Positions 39,687-51,356 of a DNA stretch of 64,000 nt are shown piece by piece (the stretch's first letter is position 1; each line of letters starts with the position of its first letter). The translations under genes and the position numbers were made by a program. Below the pieces are notes generated by a model. The model saw nothing but the letters and a program-made list of their open reading frames with translations. It did no database searches and was not told the DNA's origin. Source of the DNA: Candidatus Krumholzibacteriia bacterium (GTDB taxonomy: Bacteria; Krumholzibacteriota; Krumholzibacteriia; Krumholzibacteriales; Krumholzibacteriaceae); NCBI GenBank assembly GCA_963836185.1, contig CAWIIQ010000001.1, positions 1,216,001 through 1,280,000 on the forward strand. Reading direction: 5' to 3'.

Positions 39687-41848
39687 AGAACGACTTCCTG
39701 CTCGAGATCGGCTGCGAGAACCTGCCCAGTGGATATATCGATGGAGCGCTGCGCCAGCTCGAGGAGAAATTCTCGAAGGAGCTTCGCTCCATGAATGTCG
39801 AATATGACTCCCTCTACGTGACAGGTACGCCCAACCGTCTTGTCGTGCACATCAAGGGGCTGCCCGTAAGGCAGGAAGGGTCAGTTACCACTGTCACAGG
39901 GCCCCCCGTTTCGGTGGCAGTCGCTGAAGACGGAAGCTGGACGAAAGCGGCCGAGGGATTCGCGAAGAAGCAGGGTGTAACGGTTGGTGACCTCACACGT
40001 CTGAAGACGGACAGGGGAGAGTACCTTGCTGTCGAGGTCACTGAAGAGGGAAGGCCCCTCGACGTGGTGCTGCGTGAGATGGTCCCGGCCTGGATATCGT
40101 CTCTCCGTTTTCCAAAGGTGATGAAGTGGGATGATACAGATCTCAGATTCGCCCGGCCGGTAAGGTGGGTCCTGTCGCTGCTAGGCGATGGGGTGCTGAA
40201 GTTCGATCTCGGAGGACTCTCGTCAGCCTCCGCTACCAGGCTCTCCCCATACTTCGAGGAGAATGTGGCGATCGAAGGGCAGAAGCACTATTTCGAGGTG
40301 CTGAAAAAGGACCGGATCATCCTCGATCGCGTGAAGAGGGAGGAAAAGGTTCGAAGCGAGGCGCGGAAAGCAGCTGAGGGAGCCGGATGGCTCCTCGTGG
40401 AAGATGACGAGCTGTGCTCGATGGTCGCCAACCTCGTCGAGACACCTGTTGCCATGGCGGGCTCATTCGATAAAAAGTTCCTCGAACTGCCGCGCGAGGT
40501 GATAGTGACAGCGCTCAAGAGCCACCAGCGGTATTTTTCCGTACAGGCGAAGAACGGGGACCTCAAGCCGGGATTTATCGCGTTCGCAGATGGCGCGAGG
40601 AAGAACAAGGCCGAAATATTGAAGGGATACGAGAGGGTACTGCAGGCGAGGCTCGAGGATGCGGGCTTCTATTACAGGGAGGATACCTCTATATCCCTTG
40701 AGAAGATGTCAGAACGTCTCGGCGGGATCGTATGGCTTGAAGGGCTGGGCACTCTTGCCGACAAGGCAGTCAGGACCGCATCGCTGGCCGCCCGGATTGG
40801 CGGCTCCTGGAAGCCCGGAGAGAGTGCGCTGGCCGGCAGGCTGGAGCGCGCGGCACGTCTGGCGAAAGCCGATCTGGCCAGCGAGATGGTCAAGGACGGC
40901 AAGGAATTCACGAAACTCCAGGGATATATTGGAAGGGAGTACGCCAGGGCGGCTGGAGAGGATGACGAGGTGGCCGAAGCTGTCTTCGAACATTATCTCC
41001 CCAGATTCTCGGGGGATTCGCTGCCGGCGACGGACACCGGTACCGTGCTGGCTCTCGCCGACAGGCTCGACACTATCGCGGGTTGTTTTATCCAGGGATT
41101 CGGACCGACAGGATCACAGGACCCATATGCCCTGCGCCGACAGGCTGTCGGAATCCTCCGCATCTGTTCGGAGAAAGGGATACCCCTGGAGATTCCAGAA
41201 ACACTTGCCTTCTGCCTCGGACAATACGGGGAGGAGGCGGTCGACTCCTCGGGGAAGAAGAGCGGCGAGCTCCTCGAAGGCATGATCGACCTTTTCTCGC
41301 AGAGGTTAAACTCGATCCTTCGCGCGCGGGGATTCGACTATGATATCGTCGCGGCAGCCCTTACCGCCCCGTGGCAGTATCCATCGGCTGTAGAGGGGAT
41401 GGTCGGGAGTCTGGGGGAGATGAGAGAAAAAGGCAGCCTTCAGGATTTTGCGCTGGCGATGAAGCGGATCGTCAATATCCTGCCGAAGAAGTACAGAAGG
41501 CCTGTATCGCGGGAAGAGGGCGATAGTGCGCTGCTTGAGATATCAGGCGCTGATGGAGCGGTCCACTCGTTCGACCCGGAACTCTTTGCCGAAGATCAGG
41601 AGAAGGTCCTCTTCGAGGCAGCCTCGACGGCGGCGGGCAGGATGCGGACCCTCGGACCAGCGGAATCGAGCGTCAGTCTCGATATCCTGGCCAGCCTGGT
41701 ACCCTCGGTAAACTCGTATTTTGACGAGGTTCTGGTGAATTGTGAAGACGAATCAGTGAAAAAAAACAGAATTGCCTTCCTTCTGGCCCTCAGCAGGTTT
41801 TCAGGGCGATTCTGCAATTTTTTAGAGATCGTCTCCGATCAGGGGTAG
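39683..41848 (+). CDS. glyS: Glycine--tRNA ligase beta subunit
   Basis: [44 protein letters not shown]. Confidence 0.96.
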   Translation: MKNDFLLEIGCENLPSGYIDGALRQLEEKFSKELRSMNVEYDSLYVTGTPNRLVVHIKGLPVRQEGSVTTVTGPPVSVAVAEDGSWTKAAEGFAKKQGVTVGDLTRLKTDRGEYLAVEVTEEGRPLDVVLREMVPAWISSLRFPKVMKWDDTDLRFARPVRWVLSLLGDGVLKFDLGGLSSASATRLSPYFEENVAIEGQKHYFEVLKKDRIILDRVKREEKVRSEARKAAEGAGWLLVEDDELCSMVANLVETPVAMAGSFDKKFLELPREVIVTALKSHQRYFSVQAKNGDLKPGFIAFADGARKNKAEILKGYERVLQARLEDAGFYYREDTSISLEKMSERLGGIVWLEGLGTLADKAVRTASLAARIGGSWKPGESALAGRLERAARLAKADLASEMVKDGKEFTKLQGYIGREYARAAGEDDEVAEAVFEHYLPRFSGDSLPATDTGTVLALADRLDTIAGCFIQGFGPTGSQDPYALRRQAVGILRICSEKGIPLEIPETLAFCLGQYGEEAVDSSGKKSGELLEGMIDLFSQRLNSILRARGFDYDIVAAALTAPWQYPSAVEGMVGSLGEMREKGSLQDFALAMKRIVNILPKKYRRPVSREEGDSALLEISGADGAVHSFDPELFAEDQEKVLFEAASTAAGRMRTLGPAESSVSLDILASLVPSVNSYFDEVLVNCEDESVKKNRIAFLLALSRFSGRFCNFLEIVSDQG

Positions 41849-41942
41849 TAAGATAATTTTCCTGGTGTCCTCTTTTGGGGCGGCATATGGCCCCGAAGCT
41901 CCACAATTCGCATAATTGCCTTATTCTAGGTATATATACTGG

Positions 41943-41972
41943 TTGACAGATCGCCTCTTCCTGTGATAAAAT
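41943..41972 (+). promoter_or_regulatory. Strong sigma-70 promoter
   Basis: TTGACA-N18-TAAAAT with TG extended -10. Confidence 0.6.
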
Positions 41973-41978
41973 CCTCAA

Positions 41979-42238
41979 GATCTCAGAGTAGACGTTTGGT
42001 CGTGCCCCCTGTGGGCGAACCTTCGTGGTACGCAGGGTTTCCACTACGCCGACCGCCGTTGGAGAACCAGACTTACTCGACATAATTTTGGAGCTCAACG
42101 GGAAAGAGACCTTGCACGGACCAGCTGGATCATTCGAAAGGAGTAAGGGTAAATACGATCCGGTCAGATGGTTTTCAACGCCACTACTGAGATAATAATA
42201 GTTTAGGTTTATTCTCTTAACGCTGGGGGGAATAAATA
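41979..42238 (+). promoter_or_regulatory. Long structured 5' leader (candidate cis-regulatory RNA)
   Basis: Helices 41997-42005/42114-42123, 42057-42069/42169-42180, 42072-42078/42141-42147, 42125-42131/42157-42163 and a hairpin at 42011-42044. Confidence 0.4.
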
Positions 42239-45200
42239 ATGAGGAAAGCCTTAGTAGTCCTACTGGGCGTTTGCCTCCTTGCCCTGTTCGTCGGATCCGT
42301 GTCGGCGCGCGATATCGACAGAAGCGGCCTTCAGGTAATGAAAGCCGTTACGGATGACGAAAACCCTGCTCTCATCGACCAGGGTGCTCAGACACTGATG
42401 GCTTCGGCCGCAGTTGATACCTTCTGTATAATCTGGTACGACTTCGAGCCGATGTCATGGCAGGGCTGGACGAGTCTGGACAAAACTGCTCAGGTAGATA
42501 CGTTTTTCCACGTTGACGATTTCGCTGGGCTCGGCGGCGGTGCCTTCGGGCGTCTCGCTCCCATCGAAGGATCCAAGTCACTGTGGTGCGGTACCCGTGG
42601 GGGCACCGATTTCTACCTTTGCTCATGGATCAATGCACCTGGTTACGGCAACGGCTGGAACCAGTTGTGCTACACGGATGTCATTCCCTTTACTGGCATC
42701 CTTACGTGGTCATTCAAGGCTATCATCGATTCAGAGCCTGATTTTGACTTCACGCACGTAGAGTACGACGCTGGTGACGAGAACTGGGTCGAGATCGATG
42801 TATTCGATGGCGTTGACACACTCGACGCATCGTATCAGCTTCTCCTTACCCAGGCTGCCACCAAGCTTCGTTACCACTTTACCGCTGACGGTGCCTGGTC
42901 CGACCAGGACGGTCTCTGGGACACCGATGGTGCCTGCATCATCGATGAGATCTCGGTCACCGATGCCACCGGACTTCTCGATTACGAGGATTTCGAAAGC
43001 TATGCCGTTGGAAGCAAGGGCGAGCTTGGTATCTGGAACTGCTGACGTCGAAGACGCTTTCGGCGCCTACGCCGACCTCAGGAACAACCTTGTTGACAAA
43101 GATCCCTGTGCCGACAACTTCGGCGCTCAGTTGATCTTCTTCAACGGTTCATCCTATCCCAGTTCCGATTATCCCGGTATGTTCGACACTCCGTTCTGCA
43201 CGGGCCCCGGCGGGATCTCCGCCCCCTGTCAGGACGAGTCGGTCATATCGCCTATCATCGACATGAGAAGGTATTCATCGGCTTGTGACGTAAATCAGGA
43301 TATGCCCATCGACGCTGGCGACCTTGCCACGCTCGGCGGTGCCATCATGAGATTCGTCACCTACCGTGACCTTCCGTCGGAGAACCTCGTATACTACACC
43401 TGGTCGGTTAGAAGCATAGATGAAGCTACTAACTGCCCGGGGCAGTGGAGAGATCGTAACTACGTCTACTACGGTGGAGACAAGGATTACATCCAGAACG
43501 GACAGGACATCTCTGACCTCGTCGGTTCTGAGCCTGTACAGCTGACCGTTGGTGTCACTGACATGTGCGATGTCTGGTGGGAAGGCGGCAACGACTGTGC
43601 TGCCCATACACCTTCACCGTGGCTCGACAATGTACGTCTCTACCGCTACGCGACTGTAGGTCCGTCCTGGAGTTTCCGTGGCCTGGAGCTTTTCCAGGAC
43701 ACCTTCCCCCAGGAACTCGAGTTCAGCGTAGATCCTATGGAAGAGATCTGTCGCGCCGACGCGGCGAACGATATCGCCCCCGACGCGGAGCCCGATCGTA
43801 TCGATCCGGGCTGACTCGGCTGTAGTCAAGTGCGCGGCCCCTCTTGCCGGTGGCCTGGATACCCTGGCGACCGGTGAAGAGAGAGTCTACTTCCACTGCA
43901 ACGTTCATTTCCTCGGCCCCGACGGAAAGCCTGACATCGCAGGTATGATACTCGAGGGTTCGGATGGACGTTACATCAGTGATGACGGTGACTGGACCGT
44001 GTTGCTGTGTGAGCCTGCTCAGAACGCGAGCGGTGCCATCACACCCGAGACCTACGCGATCGACCTCAATGACTCGCTCTTCACGCGCGGGTACATGATC
44101 GAGTACTACTTCAAAGCGTATGACATCCTGGGCTATTCGTCGACTCTTCCGGCTTCGGCCGAGGAAGTCGATGGAAACAGGTATGAGTTTACCTGCCTGC
44201 CTACCCTGAGGACAGTTCCCGGCGTCCTGTACTGCGACGATTTCCATGGTCGCGGCACATTCGAGGGAACAGTGCAGACGTACTATGATCCGGCATTCGC
44301 GTCCGTTTCAGCTTCGGTTGACGCTATGCCCGACAGGTACGACACCAACGCACCGTCCTCCGGTGTCAGCAACGGTGTAGGCGCATACGTTTCGGCAGCT
44401 GGTCCTCAGTCGATCTTCTGCCAGGCCTATGAGAAGGTCATCTTTGATTCCGGAGATCTCAACTCGTATACGATCTCTGAGGGAACCCTGGAGAATTCCG
44501 ACAAGTCGAACGACGCTCAGCTTCTCGTAGATTGGCTGAATCAGTCGGACCACAAGGTCGGACTCCTTGTAATGGGCGACCAGATCGCTTATGACCTTTC
44601 CCTTTCGGATCAGGCGATCGCTCTCGAGCTCGTTTCCACGACCTGTGGTGTCACGCTTGAGAACTCGAGTTATTACGAGCTTACCGGTGGCCGTACGGCC
44701 GGCGGTACGATAACTCCTCTGATCACCGGTGTTGCGGGTGGACCGTACGCAGGCATGACCTACTATGCCTTCGGCGGCTGCCCGATCATCAACGACTTCG
44801 ACGTTCTTCAGACAACGGGCCCCGGCGCTTATGCACTGCAGTATCCTGACTATGCAGCCGCGCCGTACTTCGCCGGTATCCACACACCTTCACAGGTGAA
44901 CAGTGCCGGTTACCCGCTCAGGACTGTCTGGGTCGGACACAGCTTCATGCAGATCAGAGACGCTGTAGCAGGCGCTCCCGCAAGGAACACGTTCCTCGGG
45001 AAAACCTATGAGTTCTTCGAGAACGCGACGTCGGGCGATTACACCGACACCGAGCTCCCGAAGGCCTACAGCCTCGCGCAGAACTTCCCCAACCCGTTCA
45101 ACCCGTCGACGCGGATCCAGTTTGCGCTGCCCTCCAAGGGTCACGTAAGCCTGAAGATCTACAACGTGGCTGGACAGCTGGTCAAGACTCTGCAGAATGG

Positions 45201-45342
45201 TGTCATGGATGCTGGTTCTCATGAACTTACCTGGGATGGCGCTAACAATCTCGGGGCCAATGTTGCTTCCGGTGTTTACTTCTACAAGATCAACGCCGGC
45301 GACAACTATGAGAACATGAAGAAGATGGTTCTTCTGAGGTAG
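42239..45342 (+). CDS. Large (about 1030 aa) Cys/Asp-rich secreted surface protein with T9SS-type/FlgD-Ig CTD; two +1 frameshifts (about 43038, about 43812)
   Basis: Signal peptide; three ORFs join as ..GIWTADVEDAF.. and ..IDPGDSAVVKC..; C-terminal LAQNFPNPFNPST...WDG.NN.G..VASGVYFY...KMVLLR. Confidence 0.85.
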
Positions 45343-45380
45343 TACCGGGAAACCGGGAATCCTTCGAGGATTCGATCTTT

Positions 45381-45413
45381 GAGGCCGGGGCTCATACCCC
45401 GGCCTCTTTTTTT
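45381..45413 (+). terminator. Rho-independent terminator
   Basis: GAGGCCGGGG-CTCATA-CCCCGGCCTC followed by T7. Confidence 0.85.
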
Positions 45414-45566
45414 GGTGACTTCGGCAATCGTCGGCTGAAACAGCCCGAAACGATCATGTGGATGCGCTGAACCTCCCGAAATATATTGACATGCGGAATT
45501 CCAGATACATATATTAAGTGTAGATTTGGAGAGATATATATCCTTTTGAAATAGTCCCAAAGAAGG

Positions 45567-47531
45567 GTGGAGATGAGACGTTTCAACTCAAGGAATATCA
45601 TAGGATTACTGGTGTTTGCGGCATTGGTGATCCTCATCCTCCTGCCAGCATGCAGGCAGGAGCAGGACCCGCTGGACAGGAACAGGGCTCCGGAGACGAT
45701 CCTCACGGTCGCGCCTCCAGAAACAATCAATGCCGAATACCGGGTCCATCTTTACTGGTACGGCGAGGACAAGGACGGAGTCGTTACCAGATACATGTGG
45801 TACCGTTCGGATACCTTGAGGACGCTCAGGCCCGATCTTGATCCTGAACAGGACCTGCTCGACTGGAATCCCGAGGCGAGGAAGGACGATTTCGAGGCAG
45901 GCACATATACTTCAGCGAACGATACGGTGATCGTCTTCACCGGATTCGATATTACGACTGGCGCGATGCTTAACAGGCAGGCGTTTCATATCGTAGCGGT
46001 GGATGATGGCGGGAGTATGGACAAGACGCCGGCGAGGATCCAGTTCTTCGCCCAGGTCAATTGTATTCCCGAGGTCAAATTCTGGTTCGAAAGCGAGACG
46101 ATACCGAGAAAGCCTTACGTCCCGGGCGACCTTGACACGATCAGTATGTTCGAGCCGTTCTGCGTGGAGTTCCAGGGCAGCACCTGTAACAACGTCATCA
46201 ACGGGTACCAGTGGATATACGAGGGTACCGTTTATCCAGACTTCAACAATGACGGTGTGCCTGACTGGTATATCCCCACTTATGATCCGCCTGAGGTAGT
46301 TCAGGTCTGCCTCGACAATCAGGGTGATACACGTGTTTCCGAAGGCGATTTCTACTTCAGGGTAACTGCCAGGGACGAGGCGGGAGCCAGGTCGAATGCG
46401 GATATTATCACTGGTGAGGGTGTTTTCCAGGTCGTGGTCAACCATGATCCTGATACAGAGATCACCTTTGGTGAGAGCTTTTATACAGAACAGTCGGGAA
46501 TCATCCATGAGGCTGAGAGGATCGAATTCGACCCGGCTCATCCCGACACACTGCCCTATAACTCAAGGCTCAGGATGCACTATATCGGCTGGGATGACGC
46601 CAAGGACAGCCTTGAGTATACAAACCCGCCTGTTCCGATGAGGTTCCAGTTCAAGTTCGAGCGGTGGGGGTATGGTCTCAATGGTGGTATCAACAGCCAC
46701 AAGCCTGCCTGGATGCCGGAAAAGAAGGCAGAGGATACAAACTGCAATTCAGATGAGGATTCGACGACGATGGTGATCGGCTCGTACGATTACCTGTTCC
46801 TCGCCAAGTCTTTCGACGAGCAGTACAGGTACGACCACACACCCGATACAGTCGCGTTCGTGGGCAATTTCCCACCTGGAATCGACAAGATCTCCATCGC
46901 GTTCGATTCGATACCTTATACACCCGGGCTGGAGCTGGCTGATATCAAGGGAGATACGGTCTTCATCGCGATCGGTGAGCCGCTGAGTATAAGGGATGAA
47001 GAAGATTACGTGTCCGCGTACATGGTCCAGTATGATCCGGAAACTGAGATATTCAACCAGTTCTTCAAGATCTACATCAATGGCAGTGGACACGACGATT
47101 ACCGGGATCCACCGGGATCCGGGATTATGGGCTGGCTGTTTTCTCTTACAGCGGAAGAGGACAAGTACTACCGAAACGAGGGTGAGTGGCTGTACGATTT
47201 CGATCCGGACACGCTCCTTCAGGAGATAACATTCAGACTCGTCATTCCGAGGGATCCGGACTTTCTCGATTATCCCCGCCCCGATCCCGATTTCGTCAAC
47301 GATCCTCCTCTATGGATGGGGAATCAGGATCTGGTCGTCAGGGGATCGGACCTTCACAAGACTGAGAGCTTCAGGGAATCGATCAGGGGTATCAGTCCTG
47401 TATATGTCGACAAAAATCCTTGTAACGAACTTGTGTCTCCGGGTGTATGGATCTCTCAGGACCGAGGCATCTCCAACTATGCCAGGACAGATCTATACAA
47501 CGGCTGGTTCTACATAAAGCTGGTGTACTAG
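45567..47531 (+). CDS. Large lipoprotein with Ig/Fn3-like modules
   Basis: Lipobox LPAC; NRAPET...VHLYWYGEDKDG.V..Y module; repeated F.V.A.D motifs. Confidence 0.8.
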   Translation: MEMRRFNSRNIIGLLVFAALVILILLPACRQEQDPLDRNRAPETILTVAPPETINAEYRVHLYWYGEDKDGVVTRYMWYRSDTLRTLRPDLDPEQDLLDWNPEARKDDFEAGTYTSANDTVIVFTGFDITTGAMLNRQAFHIVAVDDGGSMDKTPARIQFFAQVNCIPEVKFWFESETIPRKPYVPGDLDTISMFEPFCVEFQGSTCNNVINGYQWIYEGTVYPDFNNDGVPDWYIPTYDPPEVVQVCLDNQGDTRVSEGDFYFRVTARDEAGARSNADIITGEGVFQVVVNHDPDTEITFGESFYTEQSGIIHEAERIEFDPAHPDTLPYNSRLRMHYIGWDDAKDSLEYTNPPVPMRFQFKFERWGYGLNGGINSHKPAWMPEKKAEDTNCNSDEDSTTMVIGSYDYLFLAKSFDEQYRYDHTPDTVAFVGNFPPGIDKISIAFDSIPYTPGLELADIKGDTVFIAIGEPLSIRDEEDYVSAYMVQYDPETEIFNQFFKIYINGSGHDDYRDPPGSGIMGWLFSLTAEEDKYYRNEGEWLYDFDPDTLLQEITFRLVIPRDPDFLDYPRPDPDFVNDPPLWMGNQDLVVRGSDLHKTESFRESIRGISPVYVDKNPCNELVSPGVWISQDRGISNYARTDLYNGWFYIKLVY

Positions 47532-47595
47532 GGATAGTCACGTGACGACCGGGCCCGGGCAGGCTGTTTCCGGGACTCAGGAGGTTGAAGGTCAA

Positions 47596-49851
47596 ATGCG
47601 AAAATTTATGCTCTATCTGATGATGCTCTCACTCCTGGCTGCGGCAGCTATGCTGGCAGGCTGTTCCGAAGGTGTCTATACAGGTGTACGGGACGAAAAC
47701 GATCCGCCGGAGATATGGCTCTCGAGTGGCCCTGTAGAGGGCGACACAACCGGCTACCAGGTACATTTTTACTGGAGCGGTTGGGATCCCGACGGGGAGA
47801 TCGATTATTTCGAGTTCGTAGTGGCAGAGGGAGATCCTATCGGGTATAACCCCGCTGATCTCGCTGACGGCAACTGGATATCGACTTCGGTGCATGACAG
47901 TGTGTTCCGTGTGCCCGCCGACGACAATGCCAGGCCCTGGGAGCCGAACGATCTCTATACGATCTATGACAAGACTCATACCTTCTTCATCAGAGCGGTC
48001 GATAAGGAAGGGAAGAAATCGGATGCTGCGACCAGGTCGTTTACAGCATGGACCCTTGCCCCGACGATCGAGATAGAGCGGCCGATCGGTACTACGCGCA
48101 CTTACAGTACAGTGATCACTTTCGGCTGGACGGGAGTGGACCCGATCGACAGCCCGCAGAACACCCAGGATCCCGATTCGATGCGGTACCTGTGGTCTCA
48201 GGTCGTTGATAAAAGCGGCGTGTACGATGCTACCTTTAATATTATCGCGGATCTCAACCAGAACCCGGAGGATTACGAAGATCTGTGGAGTCCCTGGATA
48301 TGGTACCGTGCCGATGGGGATTCAGGCAGGGAGACGATTCTCGGTGACGATGAGATCCTCGAACTTAACAGGAGCCATATATTCGCTCTAATGGCCAAGG
48401 ACGATGCGGGAGCCGTGACTTCCGTGTTCCAGACGAACAGGAACGTCAGGCAGTTCCTGGTGTCGTTCAAACAGGGACCGCTTCTCACGGTCTCGGAGAC
48501 GTTTCTAGGCAGTAACAGGTTCCTCGGCACGGAAATGAATTACGTGCAGAGTGACCTGCCGCCAGGTGTCCCCCTGAACTTCAGGTGGACCGCGACGGCG
48601 GAAGATTACGGCGGAGAGATAAAGAGCTACAGGTACGGCTGGGATATTCAGCAGCTTGATGATCCATCCCAGTGGTCCGTTACTGCGAGTCCGTTCATCA
48701 AGACTGCCGAACCGAAGACATTTTTCTCGGGAGTGCACAGGTTTCTCGTAGAGGTAGTCGATAACGGACAGAAGATAACGTATGGAAAAATAGAGGTCAC
48801 GATCATACCGTTCTCGATGGAGAGAAGTGTTCTCTGGGTGGACGACTATCCTCTCGGCGGGGAGGATCCGGTAATGACAAATCCATCCGAGACCGTACAC
48901 GATACATTCTGGGTGGATATATGCAGCAACGCTATCGATTTCAGGCCTGACAGAGATGTATATGATGTGGCGTCGCAAAATAACAAACCGCCCGAGATGA
49001 GACAGATCGGATTATACGCTAATATCATATGGACCTACAGTTCGGCGATAACCACAGCTTGGCAGCAGGTGATCCCGTTTGTTCCCGAATCGATGATCGG
49101 GACAGGGACACAGCTGACGGTCAACTACCTGTCTCTATTCCTGGCCAAGGGCGGACATCTGCTGTCATCGGGCAGAGCTGACAGGTCCGGTGGCGGCCTG
49201 GTCGAAGCGTTCCCTTCGATGCCCCTGCTTCCCGCATCGTTCAAGTACGATATGGCGGGAGTAAACTCTGAAGATACTAGCGGTGTCAACTCGATGCCGT
49301 ACAAGGATTACTGTGTCAGTGTCGTGGACAAGGTCTCGGGAATGTTCCATAGCGGCGAGGATATGGCTCCTAATATCAACAGATCCATCGCCAGGGATGG
49401 GCTTGCTGACATTTACAAAGAGGCCGATGATGGAGGCGATGACGGGATCGGGGATTATCCCGGATTCCCTGAACATCTGACTCTCGATGACCTGGTGACT
49501 TGTTCGTCCTGTTTCTTCAATCCCCAGTATAGAGGATTTACATACGTCGAGGTATATGATCCGGCGTACTGGCTGGAATTCAAGCTCATTCCATCCTCAT
49601 TGGGCTGTTACAACGCGATGTACAGGATGCATGCGGTCTCGACGAACTCCCCGATCGATGAGCAGGCCGTTGCTGTCATCATCACAAAGTACAGGAAGAA
49701 CTTTGAGGCGGATATCGCGAATGGCGTACCGGTGACTATCCTTCCGGCGGACAGTTTCCATTTCGGATTCCCGTTGTGGTTTTTCGAGCACGACAAGGTC
49801 TATCAGATAATGGACGAGATATTTGCTGAATGGCAGATTGCAGCTGAATAG
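47596..49851 (+). CDS. Large lipoprotein, paralogous N-terminus to the upstream gene
   Basis: GGAGG RBS; lipobox LAGC; NDPPEI...VHFYWSGWDPDGEI; C-terminal VLWVDD alpha/beta domain. Confidence 0.82.
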   Translation: MRKFMLYLMMLSLLAAAAMLAGCSEGVYTGVRDENDPPEIWLSSGPVEGDTTGYQVHFYWSGWDPDGEIDYFEFVVAEGDPIGYNPADLADGNWISTSVHDSVFRVPADDNARPWEPNDLYTIYDKTHTFFIRAVDKEGKKSDAATRSFTAWTLAPTIEIERPIGTTRTYSTVITFGWTGVDPIDSPQNTQDPDSMRYLWSQVVDKSGVYDATFNIIADLNQNPEDYEDLWSPWIWYRADGDSGRETILGDDEILELNRSHIFALMAKDDAGAVTSVFQTNRNVRQFLVSFKQGPLLTVSETFLGSNRFLGTEMNYVQSDLPPGVPLNFRWTATAEDYGGEIKSYRYGWDIQQLDDPSQWSVTASPFIKTAEPKTFFSGVHRFLVEVVDNGQKITYGKIEVTIIPFSMERSVLWVDDYPLGGEDPVMTNPSETVHDTFWVDICSNAIDFRPDRDVYDVASQNNKPPEMRQIGLYANIIWTYSSAITTAWQQVIPFVPESMIGTGTQLTVNYLSLFLAKGGHLLSSGRADRSGGGLVEAFPSMPLLPASFKYDMAGVNSEDTSGVNSMPYKDYCVSVVDKVSGMFHSGEDMAPNINRSIARDGLADIYKEADDGGDDGIGDYPGFPEHLTLDDLVTCSSCFFNPQYRGFTYVEVYDPAYWLEFKLIPSSLGCYNAMYRMHAVSTNSPIDEQAVAVIITKYRKNFEADIANGVPVTILPADSFHFGFPLWFFEHDKVYQIMDEIFAEWQIAAE

Positions 49852-49865
49852 TTGAAGGAGGAGTA

Positions 49866-51197
49866 GTGATTTCCATCCGTTGGATCAAAATTCTATTGGT
49901 ATTTGCCGTCCTTGCAGTCGGTCTGAACGGACCGGCGAGGACGCAGAGCGAGATAGATACGATGGTACTCGTTCCACAGGCGCCCGACTCGTATTACGTG
50001 GAGAGGAGGGGGGCAAATATCGTCATAGGATGGTATCCTCCTGCTGACAGTGTCGGCAGGGTGATAGGTTCGAGAGACTATACGAACTGGTATGGCACTC
50101 ATACTGCGGTCGACGGAGTCACAGTATCCTTTACCGGCTATTATACAAACGGCTGGATCGACAGGCAGGTCTTGATAGCAAAATACGACAGGAATTCGTA
50201 CGAGGTGGGAGTCTCCCCCAGTATCCCCATGAAACTTGAAACGGTCGATATGTTTGACAGGACGTTCCAGAAGAACTTCGATATCGGCACGGAGTACTAT
50301 ACTCCCGGCGATCCGATAGAGATGACACTCAAAGAGATCGTCGGTGCCGGCGAGGATCCCCTTATACTCGAACTAGGGTTCAATGTCCACTTCAGTGAGG
50401 GTTTGATCGATACGAGCCTGTATGGTTCTGCCGCCCAGATCCTTCTCGATACTCAGGATTTCGAAGGATTCCATATCTGGCGGGGCCTCTCACCTTTTCC
50501 TTCCGATATGCAGGCTATAGGGGAGATCTCCAAGGAGGATTACTTCAAGGTCTCGATCTTCGACGCGATCGAGGATGTTCCCCAGAAATGGAAATGGCTC
50601 TGGGAGTATTTCAGGGACAATATCGAACCTGCCTGGCCGCGACAGGACAGTCAGGGTAAATGGTATTATGAGTGGGTTGACGAGAATTCCTACTCAGGGT
50701 TCACTTATTATTATAATGTCACTACTTTCGACAGAGGGTTTTTCAGGGGTTTCAATACATACAACAAGCTGGACAATTTCATCTGTGATGAGGATCTTGA
50801 GAATCCTGAGACTCCCGGATATCCCGTGGATTGCGATACGATGAGCCTGGCTTTCGAGATGACCGTCGATACAGGGACTGATATCGGTAAGGTATATGCG
50901 GTTCCCAATCCATACCGGACAGGTACTTCGGAACAGACAACGCCTTACTATCACAACTATCCCGACATGACCATCAAGTTCTTCAATATGCCGAGCGAGG
51001 CGCAGATCAAGATCTACACGGTTGCTGGAGATCTCGTATGGGAGGGATCCCACATGAGCGAGGACGGTTCGGACGGTATACTTGACTGGGATGTGAGGAA
51101 TAACGGCGGACAGGATGTCGGATCGGGCGTTTACATCTACAGGGTGGAAGCCTCGAACGGTGAGGAAGTGTACGGCAGGCTCATAGTTATCCGCTGA
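49866..51197 (+). CDS. Secreted protein with T9SS-type C-terminal domain
   Basis: Signal peptide; DFEGFHIWR, YYYNVTTFD Fn3-like; VYAVPNPY...IKIYTVAGDLV...WD.RN..G..VGSGVYIY. Confidence 0.82.
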   Translation: MISIRWIKILLVFAVLAVGLNGPARTQSEIDTMVLVPQAPDSYYVERRGANIVIGWYPPADSVGRVIGSRDYTNWYGTHTAVDGVTVSFTGYYTNGWIDRQVLIAKYDRNSYEVGVSPSIPMKLETVDMFDRTFQKNFDIGTEYYTPGDPIEMTLKEIVGAGEDPLILELGFNVHFSEGLIDTSLYGSAAQILLDTQDFEGFHIWRGLSPFPSDMQAIGEISKEDYFKVSIFDAIEDVPQKWKWLWEYFRDNIEPAWPRQDSQGKWYYEWVDENSYSGFTYYYNVTTFDRGFFRGFNTYNKLDNFICDEDLENPETPGYPVDCDTMSLAFEMTVDTGTDIGKVYAVPNPYRTGTSEQTTPYYHNYPDMTIKFFNMPSEAQIKIYTVAGDLVWEGSHMSEDGSDGILDWDVRNNGGQDVGSGVYIYRVEASNGEEVYGRLIVIR

Positions 51198-51219
51198 TCC
51201 CGTTCAGCCCAGATCTTTG

Positions 51220-51254
51220 ATGACCGCTCCGCTGACGGGGGCGGTCATTTTTTT
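51220..51254 (+). terminator. Rho-independent terminator
   Basis: ATGACCGCTCCG-CTGA-CGGGGGCGGTCAT followed by a T-tract. Confidence 0.8.
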
Positions 51255-51356
51255 AGGCGCGGCAGGGGCGGAAGTATTCGGTGAGGGGGTTGACATGGGA
51301 CATTCTTTCGTTCAGAATCCGGTCCGGACAGTCCAGGTGGCAGGAATGACCGACAG

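Noticed and set aside
43043-43814. TGA stops in the giant surface protein as selenocysteine or stop-codon recoding
   Set aside because: The protein continues in a different frame after each TGA, so these are +1 insertions and not in-frame readthrough
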